Made by a program: the position numbers and the translations under genes
Assembly (NCBI GenBank): GCA_964016885.1
Contig: OZ024753.1
Location: forward strand, 11,346,001 to 11,410,000
Origin: Eledone cirrhosa
Taxonomy: Eukaryota
Direction of reading: 5' to 3'
Length of the DNA stretch: 64,000 nucleotides
Shown: one piece after another, positions 1 to 13,347 of the stretch
Position numbering within the stretch: position 1 is the stretch's first letter
Layout: each line of letters starts with the position of its first letter
The notes under the pieces: generated by a model
What the model saw: the letters and a program-made list of their open reading frames with translations, nothing else
Told to the model about the DNA's origin: nothing
Databases searched by the model: none

Positions 1-121
1 ACAGATAGACCCAAACGCCTGGAGATCAGCGGCCGGGATCCTGAATTCATATACCCACTCAACTATCCTAAGTATTGAGTACTCTAGTGCGTTATGGTCC
101 ACCTGGTATCTTACCACACCT
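1..121 (-). mobile_element. Family J dispersed repeat, partial
   Basis: Reverse complement of the GTGGTAAG...GGACCATAACGCAC...GTACTCAATACTTAGG consensus. Confidence 0.7.
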
Positions 122-152
<31 letters not shown>

Positions 153-243
153 ATATGTAAAAGGTAAACAGAAATAACAACACAATCGGTACAGTATATA
201 GAAGGTATATATTAGGTTAACGCTTGATATAGCAGCAAGAGTG

Positions 244-279
244 TCTTAACGTTTCGAACGCTAGTCCTTCATCAGAAGA
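244..279 (-). ncRNA. Minimal type I hammerhead ribozyme motif (Penelope-like element type)
   Basis: Minus strand reads TCTT-CTGATGA-A-GGAC-TAGC-GTTC-GAAAC-GTT-AAGA: 4-bp stem I, intact core, palindromic stem III (AACGTT), GUU cleavage triplet. Confidence 0.75.
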
Positions 280-634
280 AAGAATGAGAAATAAAATAGA
301 TTGAGGGGACGGGCGGGATGGAATTGGAAAAAATGTCTTTAGATAAAAATAACAGGCCAATTCATGTTGACATCTCTTACAAAACATATATATGTTCATT
401 CTATTATAGAAGTAAGCCCTACAGCAGTAGAAATATTTCATTTGTAAGAAAACGTCCGTACGGTCAGATAAGTTTTGTTAATTTCTTACGAATGAAACAG
501 TTCTAATACTGTAGAAGTTATTTCTCTGATGAAATGAATATACATTTACTAACCTATTGAGTACATTTATTAACAGTGGTTACCCCCACCCCCAATTTGC
601 AACGGAATCCTACATACCATACATACACACAAAC

Positions 635-699
<65 letters not shown>

Positions 700-703
<4 letters not shown>

Positions 704-910
704 CGTTTCTGAATTTGTTTAGCAAGAATGTTTATCTGAAAACGTGTGTTGAAACCGATATTGTTATACTTTGGGAGGGACATGTTGCCAATAAGAAACA
801 CACGCACCAGTAGTCTTTACTTCAATTTAATATAAAAGAATTTATAAATTTAGGAATTTATAAATTTCCGGTTGGTTGGTTCCACAACCAGATGGTTGTT
901 TATACATTGA
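700..910 (-). mobile_element. Family K dispersed repeat in (TA)n, partial
   Basis: Homologous to 25640-25905 and 29150-29610. Confidence 0.7.
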
Positions 911-911
911 T

Positions 912-991
<80 letters not shown>

Positions 992-992
<1 letters not shown>

Positions 993-1132
993 ACGAAGGA
1001 AAAGTGGTAAGGAACCAGATTGACCATAACGCTCCAAAGTACTCAATACTTAGGGTAGTAGAGTGGGTAATTCAGTCCAGAATTAGCAGTCGAAACGGCT
1101 TGAGCTCTGCCGTCAGGGTCATACTTGTTCCT
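992..1132. mobile_element. Family J copy with inverted short arm
   Basis: AACGAAGGAAAAGTGGTAAGG...GGGTAA followed by inverted AGTCCAGAATTAG...GTTCCTA. Confidence 0.75.
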
Positions 1133-1150
1133 ATATATATATATCCATCA

Positions 1151-1182
<32 letters not shown>

Positions 1183-1395
1183 ATCTGAGTTTCTCGAATA
1201 TTAATAATAAGATTCCATTCATTTGCAATTATGCAAACAAGCCTCATTTTTATAGCCATTTCAGTAGAATGAACCCTTCATTCTTGCTCTTGTGTTGGCA
1301 TGTAAACAGAACTGCAGACGAATCCAATGTTATTATTAATATTCGAAAAATTGAGATTACGTTTATTGTATTCAGCCATGTAGAGCGAAATATTT

Positions 1396-1439
<44 letters not shown>

Positions 1440-1495
1440 CGCTCTCTCTCTCTAGATACATATATATATATCTCTCTCTCACTCTCTCTCTCTCT

Positions 1496-1545
<50 letters not shown>

Positions 1546-1775
1546 TTATGTATGTGAGGTGGGAAAAATTGAATATTCTTGACAAAAGACATTTTCGAAG
1601 CGTTATTCCAGAGAAATATTGATTTGTACAGTTACACAACAATAAAATACCAATGTCAGGTAGTTTTATGTCTCGTAGCTAGTAGATAGAGCTTGGAATA
1701 GCCATATCAATACTATCAACAGTTGGTTGGTGAGAGAGGGTGGTATGTTTATAAATATATCGAAGAGTCCGTGTG

Positions 1776-1814
<39 letters not shown>

Positions 1815-1847
1815 AAATCCAAAGATGGTTAAAAGAGTTCCAACATT

Positions 1848-1910
1848 TTATTATGCGCATTTCAAAAACAAATATCATCATGGGATGATAGTTGCGTTCT
1901 CATCAGATAA
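1848..1910 (-). ncRNA. Hammerhead ribozyme motif, family shared with 42633 and 42976
   Basis: Minus: TTAT-CTGATGA-GAACGCAACTATCATC-CCAT-GATGATATTTGTTTTT-GAAAT-GCGC-ATA-ATAA; palindromic stem III ATGCGCAT; AATAAA overlaps the 3' strand of stem I. Confidence 0.8.
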
Positions 1911-1969
1911 TAGGGAGACGTGATATGAAGCTTGAAAAACACTTGCAAGCAGTGAAGTGTTAAATCAAC

Positions 1970-2051
1970 ATATATATTATATATATATATATTATATATA
2001 TATATAATCTATATATATTATATATATAATCTATATATATTATATATATAT

Positions 2052-2085
<34 letters not shown>

Positions 2086-2126
2086 ATATAATCTATATAT
2101 ATTATATATATATATTATATATATAT

Positions 2127-2161
<35 letters not shown>

Positions 2162-2700
2162 ATATATATATAATCTCTATATATTATATATATATTATAT
2201 ATATATATAATCTATATATATTATATATATATAATCTATATATATTATATATATATTATATATATATCTATATAATCTATATATATTATATATATATATT
2301 ATATATATTATATATATATATTATATATATATTATATATATTATATATATATATTATATATATTATATATATATATTATATATATTATATATTTATATTA
2401 TATATATATATATTATATATATTATATATATATATTATATATATAAATATATATATATATCAATTATATATATATATATAAATATATATATATATATTAT
2501 ATATATATATATAAATATATATATATATCAATTATATATATATATATATATAAATATATATACATATATATTATATATATATATATATAAATTATATATA
2601 TATATATAAATATATATATCAATTATATATATATATATAAATATATATACATATATATTATATATATATATAAATTATATATATATATGAATATAAATAT
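1970..2700. repeat. Imperfect (TA)n/TTA microsatellite
   Basis: Direct inspection. Confidence 0.95.
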
Positions 2701-2729
2701 CAATTAAAGCTATGTTCAAAGCTTTTATT

Positions 2730-2776
2730 CACTTACAATTGTTTCATCCAAATCTAGGCTTAGAGTCTTCGGAGCA
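2730..2776 (-). ncRNA. Hammerhead-like motif (CCGAAGA core variant), left arm of fold-back
   Basis: Minus: TGCT-CCGAAGA-CTCTAAGCCTAGATTTGGAT-GAAAC-AATT-GTA-AGTG-AATAAA. Confidence 0.6.
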
Positions 2777-3484
2777 TTTTTCAATACTTGTACATATAAT
2801 TGACCTCCTATTTCAACGCATGAGACATACAGATACATATATATATATATTAATGTACAGAGGAATGATATATATTATGCTATACTATATTTGTACAGCA
2901 ATTCAAACTGACCTCGTATCCAACGCAAGAGACATACAGATACATATATATATATTGATGTACAGTGGAGTGACATATATTATACTATACTATATTTGTA
3001 CAGCAATTCAAATTTAAAATCAAAATCAAAATTAAAATTAAAATACATGCGGCAGATAACACAGATGATGTAAGAGGATAGTTTGCTAATCAGATCTAGT
3101 AGATAGTGTATGCATTAGACACACATGGTTGTAGTGGTAGGGTACCACCATAATTTTCTTGCTTACCCGCTTAAAGTGCTTGAATTACATGTAACACCTT
3201 GCAACACAATAATCGTATATAAATGAGACACACTTGCATGTTCCATGTGTGACTAACGCATACACTATCTACTAGATCTGATTATCAAACTATCCTCTTA
3301 CATTATCTGTGATATCTGCCGCATGTATTTTTATTTTAATTTTGATTTTAAATTTGAATTGCTGTACAAATATAGTATAGTAAAATATATGACACTCCAC
3401 TGTACATCAATATATATATATATATGTACCTGTATGTCTCTTGCGTTGGATAGGAGGTCAATTATATGTACAAGGATTGAAAAA

Positions 3485-3531
3485 TGGTCCGAAGACACCA
3501 AGCCTAGGTTTGGATGAAACAATTGTAAGTG
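3485..3531 (+). ncRNA. Hammerhead-like motif (CCGAAGA core variant), right arm of fold-back
   Basis: CCGAAGA 3489-3495, stem II CCAAGC/GTTTGG, GAAAC 3516, palindrome ACAATTGT, GTA, AATAAA at 3532. Confidence 0.6.
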
Positions 3532-3561
3532 AATAAATGCTTTCAACGTAGCTTTGATTCT

Positions 3562-3687
<126 letters not shown>

Positions 3688-3717
3688 AAAAACCACAGAC
3701 CCTCCATGTCAACTCTA

Positions 3718-3753
3718 GTTTTGAAAAGCAGAAGAACTGCGAAACCGATAAAA
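3718..3753 (+). ncRNA. Degenerate hammerhead motif (same family as 46712)
   Basis: TTGAAAA-GCA-GAAGAAC-TGC-GAAAC-CG-ATA, AATAAA downstream; core mutated. Confidence 0.35.
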
Positions 3754-3854
3754 GAACCAAATAAATATATATTTTAAAAAAAATAAGACTCCAGTTGCAT
3801 TTTCTATTTCATCTTTTTTTCTTTAAACTTTCACTTGTGTAGGACACACTTTCT

Positions 3855-3943
<89 letters not shown>

Positions 3944-4239
3944 TACTCTCTTACCTATTCCAGCCATCCGGCTGAGGCCATGCTAGGTCATATATATATA
4001 TATCTATATATGTATATTATATATATTATATATATTATATATATATATTACATATATATATATATATTATATATATATTATATATATATATTATATATAT
4101 ATTATATATATATATTATAAATATATTATATATATATATATTATATATATATATATATTATAAATATATTATATATATATATATTATATATATGTATATA
4201 TATATATTGGTAGATTTATCTACATATATATATACGTAT

Positions 4240-4319
4240 ATATTTTTATATGTATAGTTAAAAAAGTAAAGGTAAAAAATCACAAAAGTACAATAAAACA
4301 TTACTAATTTTTTTTCTTT

Positions 4320-4373
<54 letters not shown>

Positions 4374-4520
4374 GTACGTATATACATACACACGTGCATA
4401 TAAATATATATATATATACACACACACAAATAAAGAAAAAAATTAGTAATGTTTTATTGTACTTTTGTGATTTTTCACCTTTACTTTTTTAAATATACAT
4501 ATAAAAATATATACGTATAA
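4240..4520. repeat. Inverted repeat with a microsatellite spacer
   Basis: AAAAAGTAAAGGTAAAAAATCACAAAAGTACAATAAAACATTACTAA and its reverse complement flank a (GT)/(TA)/(CA) tract. Confidence 0.7.
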
Positions 4521-4724
4521 ACATAAATGTAAGTATATATAAATATATACGTGCACACACATATTTATGTGTGTGTATGTGTGTGTGTGAAAACGTGGGA
4601 ATCCCAAACACGAAAATCAACCGCGACAGCAGTGGATCGCTATAAATAATGGCTTGGAAAATTCGATAAAATCGCCCTAAAGACATAAAACTATTCCTGC
4701 AATGGCTACAGAGCATAAAACTCT

Positions 4725-5150
<426 letters not shown>

Positions 5151-5191
5151 ATAAATATACACGGGCGTGTATGAATGTGTATAGAAGATTA

Positions 5192-5567
5192 TATTAATAA
5201 AAGGAATTCCAACTTTGCCTGATTAACTCGTTTTATTTACAATCCTTTAAAAATGATATTATAATGAAATAGTATGGTAGAATATTAAATGTTAAATGTT
5301 AATTGAACAAGTAGTTTCATGCTTTCGCAATCTCCGGGTTCATATTCAGTGGTGGCAGTCAAGTTTGCAATTTTCAACAGTTGAAAATTGCAAAGTTGGC
5401 TGTCACCACTGAATATGACCCTGAAGATTGTGAAAGCATGAAACTACTTGTTCAATTAACATTTAACATTAAATATTCTACCATAATATTTCATTATAAT
5501 ATCTTTATAATTGTAAAGGATTGTAAATAAAACGAGTAAATCAGACAAAGTTGGAAATCATTTTATT

Positions 5568-5571
<4 letters not shown>
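5192..5571. mobile_element. Fold-back element in (TA)n, centre about 5379
   Basis: Arms of about 185 bp around TTTTCAAC-A-GTTGAAAA; each arm carries a hammerhead-like motif. Confidence 0.7.
5416..5454 (+). ncRNA. Hammerhead motif in fold-back element (inverted mate at about 5304-5343)
   Basis: TGACC-CTGAAGA-TTGT-GAAA-GCAT-GAAAC-TACTT-GTTCA; GNRA-capped stem II; cleavage region degenerate. Confidence 0.5.
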
Positions 5572-5602
<31 letters not shown>

Positions 5603-5619
5603 GTATACACATATATATT

Positions 5620-5661
<42 letters not shown>

Positions 5662-5689
5662 CATATACATATGTATACACATATATATT

Positions 5690-5761
<72 letters not shown>

Positions 5762-5873
5762 CATATATATTTGTATATATATATATGTATACACATATAT
5801 ATTTGAATATCTATATATATGTATACACATATATATATATGTATATATATATATATGTATACACATATATATT

Positions 5874-5910
<37 letters not shown>

Positions 5911-6239
5911 ACATATATATATTAAAAGAGGCCTTGCAGCTGAAAACATTTGTCAATGAAAACAATAAATAACATTATTTCTATATAATCTAGTTTATAA
6001 TTTGTCACGCTGGAGACATTGTTATCTGAGATGGAGACATCATGTTATATCTGGAGCTGGAAGAACAGAGAATCTTTACTTCATATAGAAATGACGTTAT
6101 ATCACCATTCTTCTTTTGGTAATTCTATTTTATGTATATTTATGTATATGATATATTCACACTGATAAGATTATACAGCGATTCTTTTCATTGTTGTGTC
6201 TCTTGATAATTTATCCTGTCTTTTTTTGAAAGATGATAG

Positions 6240-7830
6240 TATTGGATTTGAGGCTAATTTAGCAGTTGCCTCTAGCATATCGAGTGTTCGTGAATATAAT
6301 ATATATTATTTATGGTGAAATATATTGCTATATTTGAAGATGGATGTGAATATAAATAATATTATTTTCAGAGGAATATATAAACGATATTTTTCCTATG
6401 TGAAAATATATTTAATATTGTTTATAGTGAAATATATTGCTAATACCGTTTATTGTAAAAAATATAGCTTATATTGTCTTTGGTGGATAACAGATTGATA
6501 TTTTTCTGTGAAAAAATATGGATCATATCACAGATAATGTTTATGCTGAAGAATATATTTAAACTATTTTATTGTAGAGAAAATATTTAATAATATGTTT
6601 TCTGGAGAATATAACAGATATTTTGCATGGAGAAAATTATAACAAATATTGTTTATTGGTTAAATATATATCAGGTATTGTTTAAGTGTTAGGGGTATAT
6701 AGGTAAAACAGATTATGGTGGAGAATATAACAGATATTTTGCATGGAGAAAATTATAACAAATATTGTTTATTGGTTAAAATATATCAGGTATTGTTTAA
6801 GTGTTAGGGGTATATAGGTAAAACAGATTATGGTGGAGAATATAGCTAATATAAGCTATTGTCGAGAATAAGACATATATCATTTGTGGTGGAAATTTTT
6901 ATATTATGATGCATTTTGCCGTATAAGGCATATATTATTTATGGTGAAAATATAGAAGATATTGTATATATATCAAAAACAAAATGTTTGTCGCTCTAAC
7001 AAAGCGGAAACGTAAATGAATTCTATATTGAATAATGATAATAATATAATAATATCATTAATATTCGAGTCGTTTGCAAGCAAACAGCCTCATACCGCTA
7101 TGTGTTTTTAGACGACCATCGTTATCCTTTTGTTCTAACGATAGTAGAGAGAAACAATCGTTAATTGTTTCAGAGTTATTGCTCCTTGTCAAGATTGTGG
7201 ATCTCTCCTTTTGCTGCTCCACACTAGAACTCTTGAGAATAGTCGTCTAAAAACACATAGAATTATGAGGCTGTTTGCTTGCAATCGAATCGTATATTAA
7301 TGATATTATTATAATATTATTATTATTTGATATAAAACTTCCGAATACATAGCAAACATTGTTTATCGTTGATATATATAGCTAATAGTGTATTTGGGGA
7401 ATATATACAAGATTTGTTTCTGGGCGAGGATATATCTAATATTTTTTTAAGACAAATAATATTACTAATACTGCATTTGATGAAAATATAGTTCATATTG
7501 TTTACGGCAGTTAATATAGCAAAGAAGATTTATGGTGAATTATATAACTAATATATGGTATGGTAGAGAATAAAGCCAATGTTTGTTATGGTAGAGAATA
7601 TAGCAGATATGGTTCATTGTGGAGTATATAACGAGGATTGTTTAATGATTGCGAATATAACAAAAGCTGTTTATGGTAAGCTGTATATTTCGTTATATTT
7701 TTATAGAGAGTCTAACCAATATTGTTTATGGTAGAGGATATAGCGAAGATGTTTTATGCTGGAGAATATAAATAATATTTCATATGGTCGAGAATATAGC
7801 AGATAATGTTTATGGCGAAATATAAACGGA
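6240..7830. repeat. Old degenerate minisatellite of about 28 bp
   Basis: Recurring AATATTGTTTATGGTGGAGAATATAGCT-like units; recent duplication of about 116 bp at 6604-6840. Confidence 0.7.
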
Positions 7831-7880
7831 CTAGCTAGCTTGCAAAGAAAACCCGGAGGAGCCAAAGAGAAGTTTCCTAT

Positions 7881-7955
<75 letters not shown>

Positions 7956-9531
7956 CTCCCTCGCTGTTAGAAATATTTGCTACGCTGCCTCACGTCACAA
8001 TTTGCATGACTTAAAAAAGATAAATCTTAGTCGGTAATGTGGTTTTCATATATGAAAATGACGGGATGGTTATGTTTCAAATGTCTTCGATAAGATCTGT
8101 TTAGATACAACTAACCCGAAGTTAAACAACAGGAAGTAACCATAGTTTATCAGGCAGTTTTCGTTCCTACTGCAATACCAAATATTAATATTATTTGCCT
8201 TTTACTCGTCATTTGATGTCCATTTCTTTCACAAGGGTAACATGAAGATAGTGAATTAAACTGAAATACAGTATGACCATGAAATCGTGCTAATATATTC
8301 AGCTGGTCATATTGATCTCCTCCTTCTTGTTTTTATTCACATCAAATTAAAAGGTGATTAAATTAAAATAATGTGATTTCCTTCGGTCCACCTAATGGAT
8401 TATTTGGAGTCGAGTCGAAGGAGAGAAACTACTTGTATGTGAGGGGATGGAATTTTACTGTATGAAACGAGGGTGGTTTAATTACAGACAAAGAATTTTG
8501 TGGTTGAATGAAGATATAAAAAAGCTCCTCTGAAGAACTCAGCCATCATATTAAAATAATCAAACCAAGGCTGTTAGGAGAGTAAGGTAGTGATAGTGGT
8601 TACACTGATGGTGACTTTAAATCGAAGTTAGCTTAAGTGAAATTAAAATGCCATGGGAAAACATTATGTGCTTTTTGTCACGCTATCTAACCCATTATAC
8701 TAATGGTGGCAAGGTAAAGGATAAACTGGAACTAAAAGTGAAGATAAAAATTGTTTTATTGATGATGCAATAGTAATTTATTTTAAGGAGTGTCAGGGGG
8801 GTTGTTGGTTAATGTGTTTAAGATGTTAAACCACTGAAATAAATTGTCATATATTGAAAAAAAAAAAGAAATCACATTTCCAGACATCGTATAGGGACAT
8901 ATTTTTCTCTGCCTGTTTATGCTACGGAACACAGAAAATACTCTCTATTTAAATATCAGATGACGAATTATTATGGAGAGGGTTTATTGTAAAACATTTC
9001 TATGGTTCGCGCCACTAAGAAGACCGATCCTATCTTTAGAACAATGAACTTATATACTATTATTGTCAGCTCATAATCTTGTAGAGTGAGTTGATTTTCC
9101 TGATAAAAATATCGATTCATAGTCAAATTCCATTGCTGTTTTATCTATGGTGATTTCTTAAAATGTTACAACTAACTATGATTTTTTTTTTCGCAATCGT
9201 GTATCAGTTGGTTGTGTAGAATATGCTCTCATTAAACGTTTGATGTGACTATGTCATCACGAGAAGGCAAGAACAACCTCATAAACCCCGTGCTCTTGAT
9301 CTAACGGAACAACCAAGAAATTAAATCTAGAAGGACAGAGAGCTATACAAGTACTGAACTTTTACATCATTTATTAAAACCGAAAATAGGAAAGCGAAAG
9401 TGGTCTTGCCGGGTTTCAATTTCAACGGGTAGATAACTGATACAATCATTGGACCACATTCTATCGAATGCTCTAACACGTTTGCCAATCAACAACATTA
9501 ATAAATTATTATACTGTTGCATAAATCCATT

Positions 9532-9692
9532 TACATACTTCCCGGCACCGAAGACGCAACCTAATTTTGACAACCAAAATTTGAGAAAAAAAAAAAAAAA
9601 AAAAAAATTACCTTCGGCCTCCAGGACGCATGGTAGATTTTTGAGACTTATTTTAGGAAAAAGTAGTATCTTCGACGCCGGGAAATACGGTA
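9532..9692 (-). mobile_element. MITE, pogo/Tc2-like terminal inverted repeats
   Basis: TIR CCGTATTTCCCGGCGTCGAAGA with TA flanks; second copy at 36980. Confidence 0.7.
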
Positions 9693-10076
9693 TTATGAAG
9701 GGAAAAGTATATTTAAAGATTAATTTAACATAACCACACATATTTACATGAATGCGAAATAAGAACCACTTTGCTTATACAAGTTTTAAATTTTCTGTAA
9801 TATCATTCATATACATCTTATATCTAAGTACTAAGTCTTTTTCCTGTGTATTTTATTGTATGTTGATGAACTATTTGAGTCGTTGTAATTTTTCCAAATC
9901 TTCATATTCTAAGTTGAAATGTCTCTGACGTCAACTTCACCTTTCTTAATTCCAGTGTCAATAAAATATAGAACGATCAATTCTTTTTGCTTCCAAAATT
10001 CCTGGCTTTGTATTTTTGCTCGAGATTACGAATAAATGTCTATTGGTACGTATCCCTATTAATTATAGAATTATTA

Positions 10077-10265
10077 GGGCGGTGGATTGGCTAGTATCGG
10101 TAGCGGGTCGGACGCCATGCTTTGCAGCATAGTTACGACCCTTTATGATCTGAGTTCAAATCCCGCCGAGGTTAACTTTGCCTTTCATCCTTACGGGGTC
10201 GATAAAATAAAGTACCAGTAACGTACTGGGTAATTGCTGGCCTTGTACCAAAAGTAGAAACAATT
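10077..10265 (+). mobile_element. tRNA-derived SINE family 1, full length
   Basis: A/B-box-like head (GAGTTCAAATCC), central GCCTTTCATCCTTACGGGGTCGATAAAATAAAGTACCAG, TSD TATAGAATTATTAG. Confidence 0.9.
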
Positions 10266-11351
10266 AAATATAGAATTATTAGTTTGACACTAAAGATTTG
10301 AACTCAGAATATTAATGTCCGTATATTTCCACACTATACGTCATTGAACTCAGAATATTAAGGTCCAGATATTTCCACACTATGTTATATATTCAGTTCT
10401 TGTGAGCTACATTATCTTTTCAATACTCCGTGCTAAATGGTGTGATGCAAAAACAATATCCGCACGTTTCTGTCGATAAACGTTACTTAAGAAAACATTA
10501 GTCGAATAATAATCTCTTTTAAATGACGTTATTTTCTATATTTACTTTACGCTGTGTGTGTATATTTATGGATACGTTAGCGAAACAGCTTGTAGAGCGA
10601 GAGTGCTTGGCTAGTGTGTCAGATATATTGTCAACTGAAGCATAACAACGAGTTATATTAACATTTCTTTCGTTTTTGTTTCTTTTTGGTAGAATCAAAA
10701 CAGAATTTGGTTTTAGTTTTATAATTTTTTTTCTTTTGTATTTTTCATTGTGTATCTTTCTTCAAAGTATTTTTGGCTAATTTTGGTCAGATTGGCGTGG
10801 TGCCATAACACATTGAAACTAACACAACTCTTTTCCCACAAATTCACGTTTACCCAAACATTGATTCGCCTCCAAGTAAACTTTAACAACTAAGCTGAAA
10901 CAGCAAAGAATCATCAATAACAGCACCATCCCCATCATCAGCATTAAGGATAAAGAGAGGATATTAAAGGGAGGAACATTTACACAGAACTTCTGCCGCT
11001 GCTGCTCTTATAGCAATAAAGGCAGCTGTATCAATAGAAGCAACTTTAACCAGAAAATATACAAGAGAAAGTAAAACAAATCTTCATTAAATGTGCTTAA
11101 ATACAGGAATGTAAATATATATCCAGTGAGTTGAAACTGTTACATGGAAATCTGTTGAATTTGTAGTGCATACATTGTTGCTGTCACAGGTCGAACCAAA
11201 ACAAGAAACTCTCCTATATATATAAGAACGATGTTATCCTTATACTGAATCTCCATTGTAAATACACACTACGAATGTAGAGAGCTTTCTCCTGTTTACT
11301 CCTGTTTTTTTTAACAAAACAACTTTCATTGAACACACACACACACACACA

Positions 11352-11555
<204 letters not shown>

Positions 11556-11597
11556 ATATATTAACAAATGGAAACTATATTTATAAAACCATATTTA

Positions 11598-11659
11598 TTT
11601 CATTATACATATTTCGAGGGCCACCAGAGCAAACTATGGTGCGCTTTCATCAGATAAAA
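11598..11659 (-). ncRNA. Hammerhead ribozyme motif
   Basis: Minus: TTTTAT-CTGATGA-AAGCGCACCATAG-TTTG-CTCTGGTGGCCCTC-GAAAT-ATGT-ATA-ATGAAA, AATAAA at the end of stem I; next to a (TA)n tract. Confidence 0.75.
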
Positions 11660-11923
11660 TATAATATAGGTTAGTTATATAAATAAATATTCGCATACCC
11701 TTAAAAAAATGCAACCATTCTGGTTGGAATCTCCTGCATAGTGGAGTCATAAGATTTATTGTTGGTTTATTATGCAAATTAGTGTTGGAAAGGTTTAAAA
11801 CAGTATATTTAAATTAAGCCGTTAGAATAGGGAAAAAAGAAAAAAGAAAGAAAAGGAAAAGAAAAGAAAGAGAAAAAAAAAAGAAAGAAAAAGAAAAGAA
11901 AAGAAAAGAAAGAGAAAAAACGA

Positions 11924-11967
<44 letters not shown>

Positions 11968-12072
11968 GAGAAACCTGAGTATATTTTAGTGAGAGAGAAT
12001 AGCGTAATTTTGTGAGAAGAGGCAAAGAAATAAATATAGAGTGGATGAATACCGTAAGATGGATAAATCAAT

Positions 12073-12259
12073 AATTGTTTCTACTTTAGGCAAAAGGCCA
12101 GCAATTACCCAGTGCATTACTGGTACTTTATTTTATCGACCCCGTAAGGATGAAAGGCAAAGTCAACCTCGGCGGGATTTGAACTCAGATCATAAAGGGA
12201 CGTAACTATGCTGGAAAGCATGGCGTCCGACCCTCTACCGATACTGCCAATCCACCACC
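12073..12259 (-). mobile_element. SINE family 1
   Basis: Full copy, TSD ATGGATAAATCAATAAT. Confidence 0.9.
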
Positions 12260-12722
12260 TATGGATAAATCAATAATAACAACTAATGGCAGATACTAAT
12301 AAAGATGGATAAACAATAATAAAGTTAAGTCGAAGAATTTATCTAATGTTTAATTAATAATTTTGATTAAATGTTTAATTAATAATTTATCAATTCAATC
12401 CGTAGTTTAAATGTTTAAATGTGTATGTTATATTATTAAAGTTGAGACCTACATATTATTATTAGAGAATATATATTATTAAAAAATTATATTATTATTA
12501 AAGAATATATATTATTAAAAACAGTATATTTAAATTAAGCCGTTGGAATAGGGTAAGAGAGAAAAGAAAGAGAAAAAACGAAAGAAAGAAAGAGAGAAAC
12601 CTGAGTATATTTTAGTGAGAGAGAATAATTTGTTGAGTGCTTTATATCAGTTATAAAAATATTTTGCTTGTTGTATCCCAACAAATTAAATATAACCTCT
12701 ACATATATATATATTTATATAT

Positions 12723-12997
12723 AAAGTCTGTCTTAAGCCAGGAGGCTCATTTTGCCGGTGCTTATCCCGGTTTCATGGCGTGAAGCGACTGAGAGTACAA
12801 GACTTCACCATGGACAGGACGCCAGTCCATCGCAGGGTTAAAGCCTCAGCTATTGCTGATACTCTTTTCAGCTGAGTATACTGGAGCAACGTGAAATGAA
12901 ATGGTTTGCTCAAGAACACAAGACGCAACTCAGGAATCGAACCCACGACGTTATGATCGTAAGTCTAACACCCTTACTACTAGGCCACGTGCCTCCA
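12723..12997 (-). mobile_element. tRNA-derived SINE family 2 (CORE-like centre)
   Basis: Minus: GGCACGTGGCCTAGT...GGTTCGATTCC...TTCTTGAGCAA...TTTCACGTTGCTCCAGT...CAGCTG. Confidence 0.85.
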
Positions 12998-13068
12998 CTT
13001 GTTACATATCTGAACGTGCTGAAAATACCTGAGATTTACGTTCTGAGTACCCTAGGCCACGTGCCTTC

Positions 13069-13113
<45 letters not shown>

Positions 13114-13169
13114 TAATAAAAATAATGAATAAAAACAAAGAAACAGTTCCTTATATTAAAAAATTCATC

Positions 13170-13293
13170 ATTTTACGATCGTTTCTAGGATATATATGTG
13201 TGTGTTGGTATGTATATCATATAGATCTATGTAAAATTTTTACAAACTATCAGAGGGAATATACATACCAACACATATATATGCTGTCTTCAG

Positions 13294-13297
<4 letters not shown>
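13170..13297 (-). ncRNA. Hammerhead motif with about 100-nt stem II domain
   Basis: Minus: ATTT-CTGAAGA-[ATATATATGTGTTGGTATGTATAT ... ATATACATACCAACACACACATATATAT]-GAAAC-GATC-GTA-AAAT. Confidence 0.65.

Positions 13298-13346
<49 letters not shown>

Positions 13347-13347
<1 letters not shown>

Larger units (their letters stand above)
2704..3556. mobile_element. Fold-back element, putative inverted Penelope-like pseudo-LTR pair
   Basis: Arms about 2704-3128 and 3243-3556 are diverged reverse complements; the left arm has an internal duplication of about 105 bp; flanked by (TA)n and (TC)n. Confidence 0.65.

Noticed and set aside
7990-9360. Host exons in the non-repetitive stretches (also 10400-11320 and 62050-63200)
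   Set aside because: No ORF with recognisable motifs. Short exons cannot be excluded without transcript data.
10077-10170. tRNA genes at SINE heads
   Set aside because: A/B-box-like motifs run into SINE bodies with TSDs; no complete cloverleaf is evident.
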